From an uncultured Chloroflexia bacterium (GTDB taxonomy: Bacteria; Chloroflexota; Ktedonobacteria; Ktedonobacterales; JADMIN01), in NCBI GenBank assembly GCA_963718915.1, contig CAVRAI010000004.1:510001-542000 (forward strand): 32,000 bases of DNA, in the 5' to 3' direction. Positions 23,297 through 32,000 of this stretch are shown here, piece after piece. Both the position numbers and the translations under genes were made by a program. Numbering within the stretch: the first letter of the stretch is position 1; every line of letters starts with the position of its first letter. Below the pieces are notes generated by a model that had not been told where the DNA came from, did no database searches, and saw only the letters and a program-made list of their open reading frames with translations.

Positions 23297-24298
23297 GTGT
23301 CGTCTGATTATCCGGGATCTCGCTATTCGCCCCGCCAGCCGAGTGAACCACAACAGGGAGCGGGATGGCAGTCGGATTATCCCGGTAACCGTGACTATTC
23401 TGATATGCCACCTCCAATGTCGTCGCCACGTCCGCGGCAATCCGATGCCTACACGCCAAGCAGAGTTTCAAGTCCTGAGTCACCTTCATCGAAGCGGCCT
23501 CGATGGCTGATTCCGGTGATGGTGGCGGCGCTGGTCCTGGTCGTCTGTGCCGTGATTGGCGGTGTCGTCTATGCTATCGGGCAGAATGCGCTTCAGGAGC
23601 CGCTGAGTACGACGAGTACATTCTGCACGGACCTCAAGGCGCAGAAGTACTCTGACGCCTATGCGCTGCTTTCCGCTGGGTATCAGAAACAGGTATCGAG
23701 TACCGACTTTGCCCAAATCAGCCAGCTCCACGATCAGCTCGATGGCAAAGTGCATGCGTGTGGCCTTGCGGGTATCCAGAACAGCGGCGGCTTCAATCTC
23801 AACCTCAATCCGCAGACCGCGTCGTTCAACGCCCAGGTCACCCGCAATCACAGCTACACAGGCGAAATCAGTCTGGTGAAGCAGAACGGGAGCTGGAAGA
23901 TTGATGCAGTGGACGAGTCGCTGCAGGGGTCTGACGTGGGGGCGCTCACGACGGGCGCGCAGTTCTGCCAGGCGCTGGCCGCTCAGAACTACCAGGCCGT
24001 CTATGCAATGTTCACTCCCGCCTACCAGCAGCAGATCGGTACGGTTGATAAATACGTCAACGGATTGAAGCAGGTCTTTGGAGGCGGCCAGTTCCAGATT
24101 ACTGGATGCCAGCCGCAGATCAATACCTATACAGTCACGGCGCAGGGCGACGACGCATCCGTCTCGGGCGCGTTCGATATCAAGGTGACCACCGACGCGG
24201 GCGCACTGACCGTGCAGGTACCATTCAAGATTGCCTTCGCGAAAATATCGGGGGCGTGGAAAATCAGTGACCTGGAAGTCGTTCAAAGTCAGGGGTAG
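23297..24298 (+). CDS. Hypothetical single-pass membrane protein with two tandem homologous extracytoplasmic domains
   Basis: GTG start 6 nt after GAAGGGAG. Disordered Pro/Ser-rich N-terminus, TM helix WLIPVMVAALVLVVCAVIGGVVYAI, then two similar ~100-aa modules (FCTDLKAQKYSDAYALLSAGYQKQV...GSWKID and FCQALAAQNYQAVYAMFTPAYQQQI...GAWKIS). Confidence 0.6.
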   Translation: MSSDYPGSRYSPRQPSEPQQGAGWQSDYPGNRDYSDMPPPMSSPRPRQSDAYTPSRVSSPESPSSKRPRWLIPVMVAALVLVVCAVIGGVVYAIGQNALQEPLSTTSTFCTDLKAQKYSDAYALLSAGYQKQVSSTDFAQISQLHDQLDGKVHACGLAGIQNSGGFNLNLNPQTASFNAQVTRNHSYTGEISLVKQNGSWKIDAVDESLQGSDVGALTTGAQFCQALAAQNYQAVYAMFTPAYQQQIGTVDKYVNGLKQVFGGGQFQITGCQPQINTYTVTAQGDDASVSGAFDIKVTTDAGALTVQVPFKIAFAKISGAWKISDLEVVQSQG

Positions 24299-24323
24299 TC
24301 GTCGAAGAAGTATCACGTTGCGT

Positions 24324-24352
24324 TTGACGTCAACTGGCTCTTATGCTACGAT
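24324..24352 (+). promoter_or_regulatory. Sigma-70-type promoter (TTGACG-N17-TACGAT)
   Basis: TTGACG at 24324-24329, 17-nt spacer, TACGAT at 24347-24352. It lies about 60 nt upstream of the AGGAG-ATG at 24416. Confidence 0.45.
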
Positions 24353-24431
24353 CCTGACTAGGCAAGGCGAGCATGTCAGCGCTCTTCTGGCACATTACGG
24401 TGTGTGAGGAGAACTATGCTGACGGTTCCCA

Positions 24432-25052
24432 GTGGAAGCGAGGGTGCGCCCGATGATCGTGCGACGCTTCATGAACTGGCTGCGATTGACAGTGATTGCT
24501 TCGCTAAGGGGTGCGCGTCAGCGTTCGGCGGAGCCGTCCGCGCGCGAACCGATGCTCGTAGGGTCAGCTACACCACACACCGCCACCGGACAGGCAGCTT
24601 CCGGTCTCTCGCTCAGCAGTTGGCTGGATAATGGACGTCGCCTGCGACCACGAATGCGCATGGCGCCTCGTGATGTTGGCGCTGGCCCAACACGACCCTT
24701 GCGCCACAAGACAGCGCCCGTGGTAGCGCCTGCGTCCGCCGAAATTCCCGCGCCCCGTATCATGCTAACGCCCATTGCTCCCGAGCCAACCGATACGCCA
24801 GCAGCAGTTACGCCAGCAGCAGTTACGCCAGCAGCAGTTCCCGCTGTACCTGCTGTACCCGCTGCGCATGTGTACGAAGAGCAGGGTGACGACCTGACCA
24901 ATCTGGAACGCCTCGACACCCAGACGCGGCGCCTGATGCTGCTGCGCCACCTTGTGCGGAAGCGGGTCTTCAATGAAGGGTTCGTCGGCGACGATATTCC
25001 ACGACAGTACCGCAAGAGTCTTGGCCTTGAGGCTCCGCCTCCGAAAGAATAG
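24432..25052 (+). CDS. Hypothetical Pro/Ala-rich protein; 5' end and frame uncertain
   Basis: Only this frame is open from 24632 to 25052. The C-terminal part (LTNLERLDTQTRRLMLLRHLVRKRVFNEGFVGDDIPRQY) looks like genuine protein. The N-terminal ~60 codons are R-rich. The best SD-start (AGGAG-aact-ATG at 24416) is in a different frame (ORF 24404..24631). Confidence 0.45.
   Translation: MEARVRPMIVRRFMNWLRLTVIASLRGARQRSAEPSAREPMLVGSATPHTATGQAASGLSLSSWLDNGRRLRPRMRMAPRDVGAGPTRPLRHKTAPVVAPASAEIPAPRIMLTPIAPEPTDTPAAVTPAAVTPAAVPAVPAVPAAHVYEEQGDDLTNLERLDTQTRRLMLLRHLVRKRVFNEGFVGDDIPRQYRKSLGLEAPPPKE
24795..24866 (+). repeat. In-frame tandem repeats (15-bp acgccagcagcagtt x3, then 9-bp cc[ct]gctg[tc][ag] x3)
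   Basis: Units at 24795, 24810, 24825 and at 24840, 24849, 24858. They encode TPAAV x3 and PAV-PAV-PAA. Confidence 0.85.
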
Positions 25053-25120
25053 CCACCCCGCGCCGTCACTGTGCTGGCTGATTGATGAATTGATCGTTGT
25101 CACACATACAAGGATCGCCC

Positions 25121-26425
25121 ATGTCCGCTGAGCCAGGCGCCGCTTCCGGGCCGCAGCCGCGCCGAGGCAGTGGGCTGCGACCGCGAACGTACCCTGACCA
25201 ACTCTACGGCGAGGTACACCTTTCTGGCTGGATTTCGCCGCTGCTCGATACACCGCCATTTCGCAGACTGTCTGGAGTTTCGCTCTCAGATGTGCCCGGT
25301 GAGTTGCTGTTTCGACATCCCTTTCCGTCCCGGCTGGATCATTCACGTGGCGTCTATGCGCTCGCTCGCGCCGCGCGCCCACGCGACCGCGCCCTGCACG
25401 TGGCGGCGCTGGCTCACGACCTGGGGCACGGCCCGCTCTCACATCTCACCGAGCCATTGATGATCGAAAAGCTTGGCGTTAATCACGAGCAGAGATCCGC
25501 GCGGCTGCTCGACCAGGTTCGCGCATCACTTACGCCCGCCGCTACGCGCCAGATCGCCTGGCTCGACTGGGATGAGGTGGCCGCATTGATGCTCGGTCAG
25601 ACCACCGATGGCCGCGGCGCCCTGCTCAACGGCCAGATGGACTACGACAATCTGGACAATGTAGCGCGCTTCCTCCTGGCAGGAGATCTGGGTAGGCCTG
25701 GGTATGACGCTCGTCAGGTGGCGCGGGCGTTGCGCCTCTCTGCTCCTCCTTCGTCTGCCAATGACGCGACGCATTCAGGCTTGCCAGATGTTATCCTACT
25801 TCCGGATGGCGCTGAGGGCGCGCTGGCGTGGTTGAGCGACCGCGCAACTGTCTATCGCTTATTGCGTCAGGGCCATCGCAACCTCGCGATGCATGCGATG
25901 CTGCGCAAGGCTGTCGATCTCGCGGCGCAGGCTGATGCGTTGCCTTCGGGCTTCTTCGATATGACCGATAGCGCGGCGCTGACGTATCTTGGTCGGAGCG
26001 AGCGGAACGGGCAGGAGCTTCTGGTGGAGCAAGTGATGCGTGATAGCCTCTTTGTGTGCGTCTGGGAGGCAGAGGTTCCTGGCGATGGCAGCGCGATCAT
26101 GCGCCTCATTGGGAGCAGCCGCGACCGGAATGCGCTGGAAGAGACGCTGGCGGCCGAGGCTGGTCTCGCGTCGCATGAGGTCGTCGTAGAGGCCGTGGCG
26201 ACGTCTGCCCAACGCGAACTGCCGCACCTGCTAACAGCAAATGGCGGCGAGACGGCAGCGCCGGAGGCGCAAGTGGATGAAGCGCCTACGATCCTTCATC
26301 TATTCGTCACCCCAAGCGCTGGCCGAGACTATCGGCGGCGGCTGCGAATGGCCGCCGAGCGGCGCCTGGGGGCGCTGGGAGTTCTTTCATATTCCACCGC
26401 GCTGCACGATGCGCTACACGACTGA
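25121..26425 (+). CDS. HD-domain phosphohydrolase (COG1078 / dNTP-triphosphohydrolase-like)
   Basis: ORF 25097..26425 trimmed to ATG 25121 (CAAGGA 7 nt upstream). FRRLSGVS...RLDHSRGV and AALAHDLGHGPLSH form the HD motif arrangement of this family. Confidence 0.8.
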   Translation: MSAEPGAASGPQPRRGSGLRPRTYPDQLYGEVHLSGWISPLLDTPPFRRLSGVSLSDVPGELLFRHPFPSRLDHSRGVYALARAARPRDRALHVAALAHDLGHGPLSHLTEPLMIEKLGVNHEQRSARLLDQVRASLTPAATRQIAWLDWDEVAALMLGQTTDGRGALLNGQMDYDNLDNVARFLLAGDLGRPGYDARQVARALRLSAPPSSANDATHSGLPDVILLPDGAEGALAWLSDRATVYRLLRQGHRNLAMHAMLRKAVDLAAQADALPSGFFDMTDSAALTYLGRSERNGQELLVEQVMRDSLFVCVWEAEVPGDGSAIMRLIGSSRDRNALEETLAAEAGLASHEVVVEAVATSAQRELPHLLTANGGETAAPEAQVDEAPTILHLFVTPSAGRDYRRRLRMAAERRLGALGVLSYSTALHDALHD

Positions 26426-27322
26426 GTCACCTGTCTCCTGTGGTGGCGCCGGTGGCGTGAATGGGGGCGCTGGCTCGCTCGCCAACCTGTCAGCCAGTTC
26501 GCGTACCTGAATAGCAGCCTGGGGCGGGACGTAACGCCCTCCAAGTGGCGTGGGATGAACACCCGGCCCGTGGTAGTCGGAGCCGCCGGTGGCGACCAGG
26601 CCATACTGTTCGGCAAGCGCCAGCAAATGCTCTACCGTTGGCTCGTCATACTCACCGTAGTAGCATTCGAGGCCAAGCAGACCTGCCTCCATCAAGCGCG
26701 GCATCAGATCGTCCTCCAGCCCGTAGAGGCGCATAGGGTGCGCCAGCACTGGCACGCCATGTACGCTCCGCAGCATGCGTACCGCATCTTCTGGCGCCAT
26801 CTTGAAGCGCGGCACGTAGGCCGGGCGGCCGGGGCTGATGTAGCGGTTGAAGGCGTCCGTGATGCTGTCGGCGTATCCCTTCTCCATCAGCGCCAGCGCA
26901 ACATGCGGGCGGCCAATCGTTCCGTGCGCAAGCTCGCGCACCCGATCCCAGGTGATGTCGTAGCCCTGCTCGCGCAGCAGCGCCACCATCCGCTCGCCGC
27001 GCTTCTCGCGTGTCTCCCGCAGAAAGCGTAAAAACGCCTGGAGGTCTGGATTGGCCGTATCGAGGTAGTAGCCAAGAACATGGGCCTCGCCGTGTCCCTG
27101 CGGGAGATAGGTATTGATCTCGATGCCAGGGATGACCGTGACGCCAAGCGCAGCGCCCGCCGCCTGCGCCTCGGCCAGCCCGTTCGTCGTGTCGTGGTCG
27201 GTGAGCGCAATCGTTGTCAGCCCGGCCTGATGGGCCAGCTCTACCAGGTCCGCTGGTGAGTGTAGCCCATCCGAGGCTGTCGAGTGGGTATGGAGGTCGA
27301 GTGTAGTAGGGACGACACTCAT
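26414..27322 (-). CDS. PHP-domain phosphoesterase (TrpH/YciV = RNase AM-like)
   Basis: [12 protein letters not shown] at the N-terminus, ALTDHDT, GIE, and GGSDYHG near the C-terminus. The start ATG overlaps the rny stop (ATGA). Confidence 0.85.
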   Translation of the reverse strand: MSVVPTTLDLHTHSTASDGLHSPADLVELAHQAGLTTIALTDHDTTNGLAEAQAAGAALGVTVIPGIEINTYLPQGHGEAHVLGYYLDTANPDLQAFLRFLRETREKRGERMVALLREQGYDITWDRVRELAHGTIGRPHVALALMEKGYADSITDAFNRYISPGRPAYVPRFKMAPEDAVRMLRSVHGVPVLAHPMRLYGLEDDLMPRLMEAGLLGLECYYGEYDEPTVEHLLALAEQYGLVATGGSDYHGPGVHPTPLGGRYVPPQAAIQVRELADRLASEPAPPFTPPAPPQETGDSVV

Positions 27323-28860
27323 TTGGCGTAGTCCACCACGCGCGTCTCCCGCACGACACAGACTTTGATCTGGCCGGGATAATCCATGCTTTCCTCGATT
27401 CGGCGCGCCACATCTCGCGCCAGTTGTGACGCTGCGACCTCATCCACCTCTTCTGGCTTGACGATAATGCGCACCTCGCGCCCGGCCTGGACAGCGAAGG
27501 ACTTCTCGACACCCCGGAACGAGTTCGCGATGCTTTCGAGCATCTCCAGCCGCTTGATGTAGAGGTCGATGGTCTCGCGACGCGCGCCTGGCCTCGCGGC
27601 AGAGATGGCATCCGCCGCCTGGACGATAGCCGCTTCCAGCGATTGCGGCTCCATGTCGGTGGCGTGATGCGCCACGATGGCATGGACTACCTTTGGCCCG
27701 CGATTGAAGCGCCGGGCAATTTCGCCGCTGATAAGGTGATGAGGCCCCTCGACCTCCTGATCGATGACCTTGCCCAGGTCATGGAGCAGCCCGGCCACTT
27801 TGCAGACACCGACATCCGCGCCCAGTTCAGCGGCGATGGTTGCCGCCAGCACCGAGACCTCGATGGAGTGGTTGAGCACATTCTGGCCGTAGCTGGTGCG
27901 GAAGTGCATGCGCCCGATCAGTTTAACCAGATCGAGCGGCAAATTGGAGACGTTGGACTCGAGACAGGCGCGTTCGCCTTCCTCCAGGATAACCTGATCG
28001 ATCTCCTGACGCGCCTTGACGACCATCTCTTCAATGCGCGCGGGATGAATGCGGCCATCCAGAATCAGTTTGGTAAGCGCCACACGCGCGATCTCGCGCC
28101 GTACCGGATCGAATCCTGTCAGAATGACAGCCTCTGGCGTGTCGTCGATGACGATATCCACACCAGTCGCGCTTTCCAATGCGCGGATGTTGCGGCCCTC
28201 ACGCCCGATAATGCGGCCCTTCATATCGTCATTGGGCAGGGGCACGACGGAGACGGTGATATCAGACACCTGATCTGAGGCGCACCGCTGCACGGCGAGG
28301 GTGATGATCTCGCGCGCGCGCGACTCGGCCTCTTCGCGGGCGCGCATCTCGATCTCGCGGGCGCGGATAGATGCCTCACGGCGGGCCGATTCTTCGATAG
28401 AGGAAATCAGTTCGGCGCGCGCCTCATCCACGGACATGCGCGCCACCCGCTGCAGATCGGCGGTTCGCTGGTCGCGCAGGGCATCCACTCCCGCAAGCCG
28501 CTCTTCCAGTTCCTGATTCCGCTGAGCCAGGACTCGTTCCTGGCGCTCCAGATTCTCTACCTTCCTGTCGAGGTTTTCCTCCTTCTGAACAAGCCGTTGC
28601 TCCTGTCGCTTGATTTCCTGCCGTCGTTCGCGCGCATCGGTTTCGATAGATGTCCGCACTTTGGCGGTCTCGTCTCGAGCATCCAATAAGGCCAGGCGCT
28701 GCTTTTCCTGCATGTTGAGCAGGCGCGCCTCGGCCTGCTCTTTCAGTCCGCTCATCTCTTGTTCGTGGTGCAGTCGGCTCTGCTGGCGGCCGTAAAGAAA
28801 GCCGCCAATGGTGCCGATGACTAGCGCCACGACGATGATAGCGAAGTCAATAGGATTCAC
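27319..28860 (-). CDS. rny: Ribonuclease Y
   Basis: N-terminal TM helix ([20 protein letters not shown]), long charged coiled coil, KH domain ([15 protein letters not shown]) and HD domain (LLHDLGK...AHH). GTG start 8 nt after GGAGGT. Confidence 0.95.
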   Translation of the reverse strand: MNPIDFAIIVVALVIGTIGGFLYGRQQSRLHHEQEMSGLKEQAEARLLNMQEKQRLALLDARDETAKVRTSIETDARERRQEIKRQEQRLVQKEENLDRKVENLERQERVLAQRNQELEERLAGVDALRDQRTADLQRVARMSVDEARAELISSIEESARREASIRAREIEMRAREEAESRAREIITLAVQRCASDQVSDITVSVVPLPNDDMKGRIIGREGRNIRALESATGVDIVIDDTPEAVILTGFDPVRREIARVALTKLILDGRIHPARIEEMVVKARQEIDQVILEEGERACLESNVSNLPLDLVKLIGRMHFRTSYGQNVLNHSIEVSVLAATIAAELGADVGVCKVAGLLHDLGKVIDQEVEGPHHLISGEIARRFNRGPKVVHAIVAHHATDMEPQSLEAAIVQAADAISAARPGARRETIDLYIKRLEMLESIANSFRGVEKSFAVQAGREVRIIVKPEEVDEVAASQLARDVARRIEESMDYPGQIKVCVVRETRVVDYAK

Positions 28861-29074
28861 GTATGGGTACCTCCGTGAGGCAATTGTAGAGGTGCGTTGT
28901 AGCGCGAAGTATACACACAGATGGAAGTGTGTGCGTCAGCGCCGATCCCTACCGGAACGCAGTGGCGCGCTACAAGGTAGTCACGTCAATATACTAGCGG
29001 AAAGTCTGAGCTGTCAAGCGTCCAACGTGCTTTGCATGGGCATTAGCAGGCTCTCTGCGCACTCGTACAGCGCA

Positions 29075-29083
29075 TGGTATACT
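29075..29083 (+). promoter_or_regulatory. Candidate extended -10 element (TGgTATACT) upstream of apt
   Basis: TGGTATACT at 29075-29083, about 80 nt upstream of the apt ATG. No convincing -35. Confidence 0.35.
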
Positions 29084-29163
29084 GGCTGCGGCCAGTGTGT
29101 CACGATGCCTTGCCGACTCTACTGTTCATCGAGCCTGGTCACCCTTGAGAGGACAATTCACGC

Positions 29164-29748
29164 ATGTCAGAGCCGATACCACCATCATCAATAGCTACGC
29201 CAGCCTCCGCCGCGCCGCTTGATGCCGAGCAGACTGCCTGGCTGAAGGGGTATATTCGTGATATCTCTGATTATCCACAGCCTGGCATCCTTTTCCGCGA
29301 TATTACGCCGCTGCTTCAGGATGCGCGAGCGCTCCAATTCTCCATCGATAAGCTGGCCGAGCGGTACCGTGGAGCGGGCATTGAGGCGGTAGTCGGGATC
29401 GAGTCGCGTGGCTTCATCTTTGGCACGCCACTGGCCTATCTGTTGGATGTGGGGTTCGTGCCGGTGCGCAAAAAAGGAAAGCTACCCGCCGATACCATCT
29501 CCATCCAGTATGACCTGGAATACGGCACGAACGTGCTGGAGATTCATACCGATGGTCTGCGCTCCGGGCAGCGCGTGTTGATTGTGGATGACCTGCTGGC
29601 TACCGGCGGCACCACCGAGGGAACGGTACGGCTGGTAGAAAGTCTTGGCGCGCGAGTCGTCTCACTGGCGTTTCTTATCGAGCTCTCGGCGTTGCAGGGG
29701 CGATCACGCCTGCCAGGACATGATGTCTTTGCCCTGCTGAGCTATTAG
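29164..29748 (+). CDS. apt: Adenine phosphoribosyltransferase
   Basis: Typical Apt pattern [25 protein letters not shown], and PRPP-binding loop [13 protein letters not shown]. Confidence 0.95.
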   Translation: MSEPIPPSSIATPASAAPLDAEQTAWLKGYIRDISDYPQPGILFRDITPLLQDARALQFSIDKLAERYRGAGIEAVVGIESRGFIFGTPLAYLLDVGFVPVRKKGKLPADTISIQYDLEYGTNVLEIHTDGLRSGQRVLIVDDLLATGGTTEGTVRLVESLGARVVSLAFLIELSALQGRSRLPGHDVFALLSY

Positions 29749-29759
29749 GCGCAACCATC

Positions 29760-30071
29760 ATGGCAATTGTACTGCATGCGGCGCGCGCGACCCGTGACTG
29801 GCTGCCCGCGGGAGTCCATCGCGGGGATCGCATGTATCACCTGTTGTCGGATATCCCTGGCCCTGAAGGCTCGCACGAATTGCGCGCGTTCGCCGTGCCG
29901 CTCGGGTTCCGCGAGCGTTGGGTGCAATATCCGGGCAGCTATCGCGAGCACTTCGATGTCACCGCGCGTGATGCGCAGATAATCCTGGCGCACGGCGATG
30001 TGCGGCTGCTCACCAATCGTGAGCTGGGCGCGCTGCTTGCGGCCAAGCGCGCCTTCCTTGACGCTTCGTAG
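29760..30071 (+). CDS. DUF4031 family protein
   Basis: 103 aa. HLLSD...ELRAFA..LG......HFDVT...A...GA pattern as in DUF4031. Starts 11 nt after apt. Confidence 0.65.
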   Translation: MAIVLHAARATRDWLPAGVHRGDRMYHLLSDIPGPEGSHELRAFAVPLGFRERWVQYPGSYREHFDVTARDAQIILAHGDVRLLTNRELGALLAAKRAFLDAS

Positions 30072-30097
30072 GCGCAAGATCTAAGCGTCTCACGCGC

Positions 30098-31174
30098 CTA
30101 GAGCCTACCGCGCACTTCACCACTCCCGCTCTTTGCCAGTGCGGCGACGCGGTCCGAGAAGTGGCAGGCGGCGAAGTGGCCACGGCCTGTCTTGTCTTCG
30201 AGTGGCGGTTCGACCTCGCGGCAGATATCCTGGGCGATGGGGCAGCGCGTATGGAAGCGACAGCCCGTGGGAATATTGATGGGACTGGGCAGGTCGCCTT
30301 TGAGGATGATCCGTTTGCGCTGGCGCTCGACGCGCGGATCGGGGATCGGTACAGCCGAGAGCAGCGCCATGGTGTACGGGTGCAGTGGGTTGACGAAGAG
30401 ATCTGTCCGGTCGGATAGCTCCATTAGTTTGCCCAGATACATGACGGCGACACGGGTGGCGACATGGCGCACCACACTCATGTCGTGCGTGATGAAGAGG
30501 TAGGTCAGCCCCATCTCGCGCTGGAGACGCTGCATGAGATTAATCACCTGCGCGCGAATCGAGACATCGAGGGCGCTGACTGGTTCATCGGCGACGATGA
30601 ACTGCGGCTCAATACTAATAGCGCGGGCAATCGCGATGCGCTGGCGCTGGCCGCCGCTGAACTCATGGGGATAGCGATCCACAAACTGCGGATTCATACC
30701 GACTTTTTGCAGCAACTCTTCAGTGCGAGCGCGGATAGTGGATCGCGTGCCGGTCTTGTAAATCACCATAGGTTCGCTAATCAGCGCCCCAACAGTCATG
30801 CGTGGATCGAGCGATGCGTACGGATCTTGAAAGATCATCTGCACGCGCTGGCGGATTGTGCGCAAGGCATTGCCTTTCGCGTCACCCAGATCTTCACCAG
30901 AGAGGAACATATGACCACTGGTTGGCTGATAGAGACGTACCAGACAGCGCCCTATGGTTGATTTGCCCGACCCACTCTCGCCCACCAGGCCAAGTGTCTC
31001 GCCGCGCTTAATGGTGAACGAGACACCATCCACGGCCCGCACGGCGCCAACCTGACGCTGGAAGATGATTCCCTGTGTGATCGGGAAGTGCATCACCAGG
31101 TCATCAACCTTCAAAATGTCACCAACTGGGGGAGTCGTTGATGATGTTGGGTTCGTCGCGGCAGATGTTTCCAT
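30098..31174 (-). CDS. oppF: Oligopeptide/dipeptide ABC transporter ATP-binding protein (OppF/DppF type)
   Basis: Walker [10 protein letters not shown], signature [12 protein letters not shown], Walker [13 protein letters not shown], and the Cys-rich C-terminal oligopeptide-transporter extension ([15 protein letters not shown]). Confidence 0.9.
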   Translation of the reverse strand: METSAATNPTSSTTPPVGDILKVDDLVMHFPITQGIIFQRQVGAVRAVDGVSFTIKRGETLGLVGESGSGKSTIGRCLVRLYQPTSGHMFLSGEDLGDAKGNALRTIRQRVQMIFQDPYASLDPRMTVGALISEPMVIYKTGTRSTIRARTEELLQKVGMNPQFVDRYPHEFSGGQRQRIAIARAISIEPQFIVADEPVSALDVSIRAQVINLMQRLQREMGLTYLFITHDMSVVRHVATRVAVMYLGKLMELSDRTDLFVNPLHPYTMALLSAVPIPDPRVERQRKRIILKGDLPSPINIPTGCRFHTRCPIAQDICREVEPPLEDKTGRGHFAACHFSDRVAALAKSGSGEVRGRL

Positions 31175-31203
31175 CAGTTACCTCGTTCCTCGCCACTGGC
31201 GCC

Positions 31204-32000
31204 CTATTCCGCATAGCCTTGTGTCTCGCCGATGAAACTGCCACCAACCGAACGCAATGGGATATATCCACGCTGCTTTGCCCGCTCAATCTCTGCGGGA
31301 GCCGTCACGTCTACCCAGCAGGCTGATTTGTGCTCTCGCCCCACGGTGACCTCTGGCGGGTAGGTCTTGCATTTCTCGATGGCAAAGGGACAGCGCGGTT
31401 GGAATGGACACCCTTGTGGCGGGTTGAGCATATCCGGTGGTGCGCCTGGAATGGTCTGTAGCTCGTTGACGCCCACATCGTCGAGTCGGGGTACCGAGGC
31501 AAGCAGGCCAAGCGTATAGGGATGGCGGGGATTCGCAAAGAGTTCATCAGTTGGCGCGCGCTCGACAATATGGCCAGCGTACATCACCAAAATGCGATCC
31601 GTGATACCCGCGACCACACCCAGATCGTGCGTAATGAGCATCACCGAGGTGTGTAATTCCTTGCGGAGTTGGCCAATCAGGTCGAGTATCTGCGCCTGGA
31701 CTGTCACATCGAGCGCTGTTGTCGGTTCGTCGGCGATGAGCAGCTTGGGGTTTGCCGCAATGGCGATGGCGATCATGACGCGCTGGCGCATGCCGCCACT
31801 GAACTCGTGGGGATAGCCACGAATGCGGCGCTCGGGATCGGGTATTCCGACCGCGCGCAATAACTCGATGGCTCGGCGATGGGCAACTTCGCCTTTCAAC
31901 CCAAGATGGAGGTTGATAGGCTCCAACAACTGCTGGCCGATACGCATAACGGGATTGAGGCTGGAGATCGGATCCTGGAAGATCATGGATATTTTGCGAC
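31204..32000 (-). CDS. oppD: Oligopeptide/dipeptide ABC transporter ATP-binding protein (OppD/DppD type), 5' end beyond window
   Basis: Signature [12 protein letters not shown], Walker [14 protein letters not shown]-terminal [15 protein letters not shown]. The frame stays open to the window edge and the Walker A region is not yet reached, so the gene is truncated by the window. Confidence 0.9.
   Translation of the reverse strand, partial: RKISMIFQDPISSLNPVMRIGQQLLEPINLHLGLKGEVAHRRAIELLRAVGIPDPERRIRGYPHEFSGGMRQRVMIAIAIAANPKLLIADEPTTALDVTVQAQILDLIGQLRKELHTSVMLITHDLGVVAGITDRILVMYAGHIVERAPTDELFANPRHPYTLGLLASVPRLDDVGVNELQTIPGAPPDMLNPPQGCPFQPRCPFAIEKCKTYPPEVTVGREHKSACWVDVTAPAEIERAKQRGYIPLRSVGGSFIGETQGYAE

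Noticed and set aside
23486-24316. 276-aa minus-strand ORF
   Set aside because: It is antisense to the 23297..24298 membrane-protein gene, whose frame shows a TM helix and an internal domain duplication. The antisense product is Leu/Arg-rich junk.
25121-26425. HD-domain dNTPase-like protein as an anti-phage defence gene
   Set aside because: The context is housekeeping (convergent with rny-PHP; no neighbouring defence, mobile or tRNA features). This COG1078-type family is widespread as a core enzyme. Nothing in the sequence suggests an island.
26652-27683. 343-aa minus-strand ORF overlapping the PHP gene and the rny 3' end in another frame
   Set aside because: It is out of frame with two strongly supported same-strand genes and is Arg/Trp/Pro-rich. 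It cannot coexist with them.
1-32000. Searched by eye for rRNA/tRNA genes, CRISPR arrays, transposases/integrases, prophage modules and long terminal or direct repeats
   Set aside because: None recognised. Intergenic regions are short (mostly under 400 bp) and are explained by promoters, leaders or terminators. No ORF shows integrase, transposase or phage structural motifs. A covariance-model scan (tRNAscan-SE/Infernal) would be needed to exclude small ncRNAs formally.

Overview
This is a 32 kb, roughly 60% GC, gene-dense bacterial chromosomal segment. It reads as core/housekeeping DNA rather than accessory DNA. I recognise about 31 protein-coding loci on both strands:
- a truncated AGXT-type aminotransferase
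- prfA
- a HIT hydrolase
- a membrane-anchored kinase-like protein with degenerate catalytic motifs
- a ROK-family gene
- an overlapping hsp20-lon pair
- an LmbE/PIG-L deacetylase
- nusA-ylxR
- an acyl-CoA dehydrogenase
- a DUF4870-type membrane protein
- gltX
- a small transaldolase/FSA-type aldolase
- a DUF4349-like lipoprotein
- a tightly overlapping glycosyltransferase / HhH-GPD glycosylase / Nudix / eIF-2B-family cluster
- an HD-domain phosphohydrolase
- rny overlapping a PHP-domain phosphoesterase
- apt
- DUF4031
- oppD/oppF-type ABC ATPases
- several Pro/Ala-rich hypothetical proteins

The gene content (RNase Y, nusA-ylxR, many long shadow ORFs) is compatible with a high-GC lineage such as Chloroflexota, but I cannot confirm taxonomy. 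I found no rRNA, tRNA, CRISPR array, transposase/integrase or recognisable defence island. I do not see a convincing self-contained novel system.

The things most worth a second look are:
1. Four (possibly five) otherwise well-conserved genes are each broken by exactly one extra base. The shift is always in the +1 direction and mostly at homopolymer triplets, one of them a CCC-TGA-C site.
2. A near-consensus promoter is followed by a terminator-like hairpin in the nusA leader, a candidate attenuator.
3. hsp20-lon has a perfect inverted repeat upstream, and Lon carries a ~165-aa acidic N-terminal extension encoded by tandem repeats.
4. The GT / glycosylase / Nudix / eIF-2B-like cluster is four overlapping genes of unusual composition.
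5. rny is ATGA-coupled to a PHP (RNase AM-like) gene.

All protein calls rest on by-eye motif recognition of translations. No database search or folding computation was possible.
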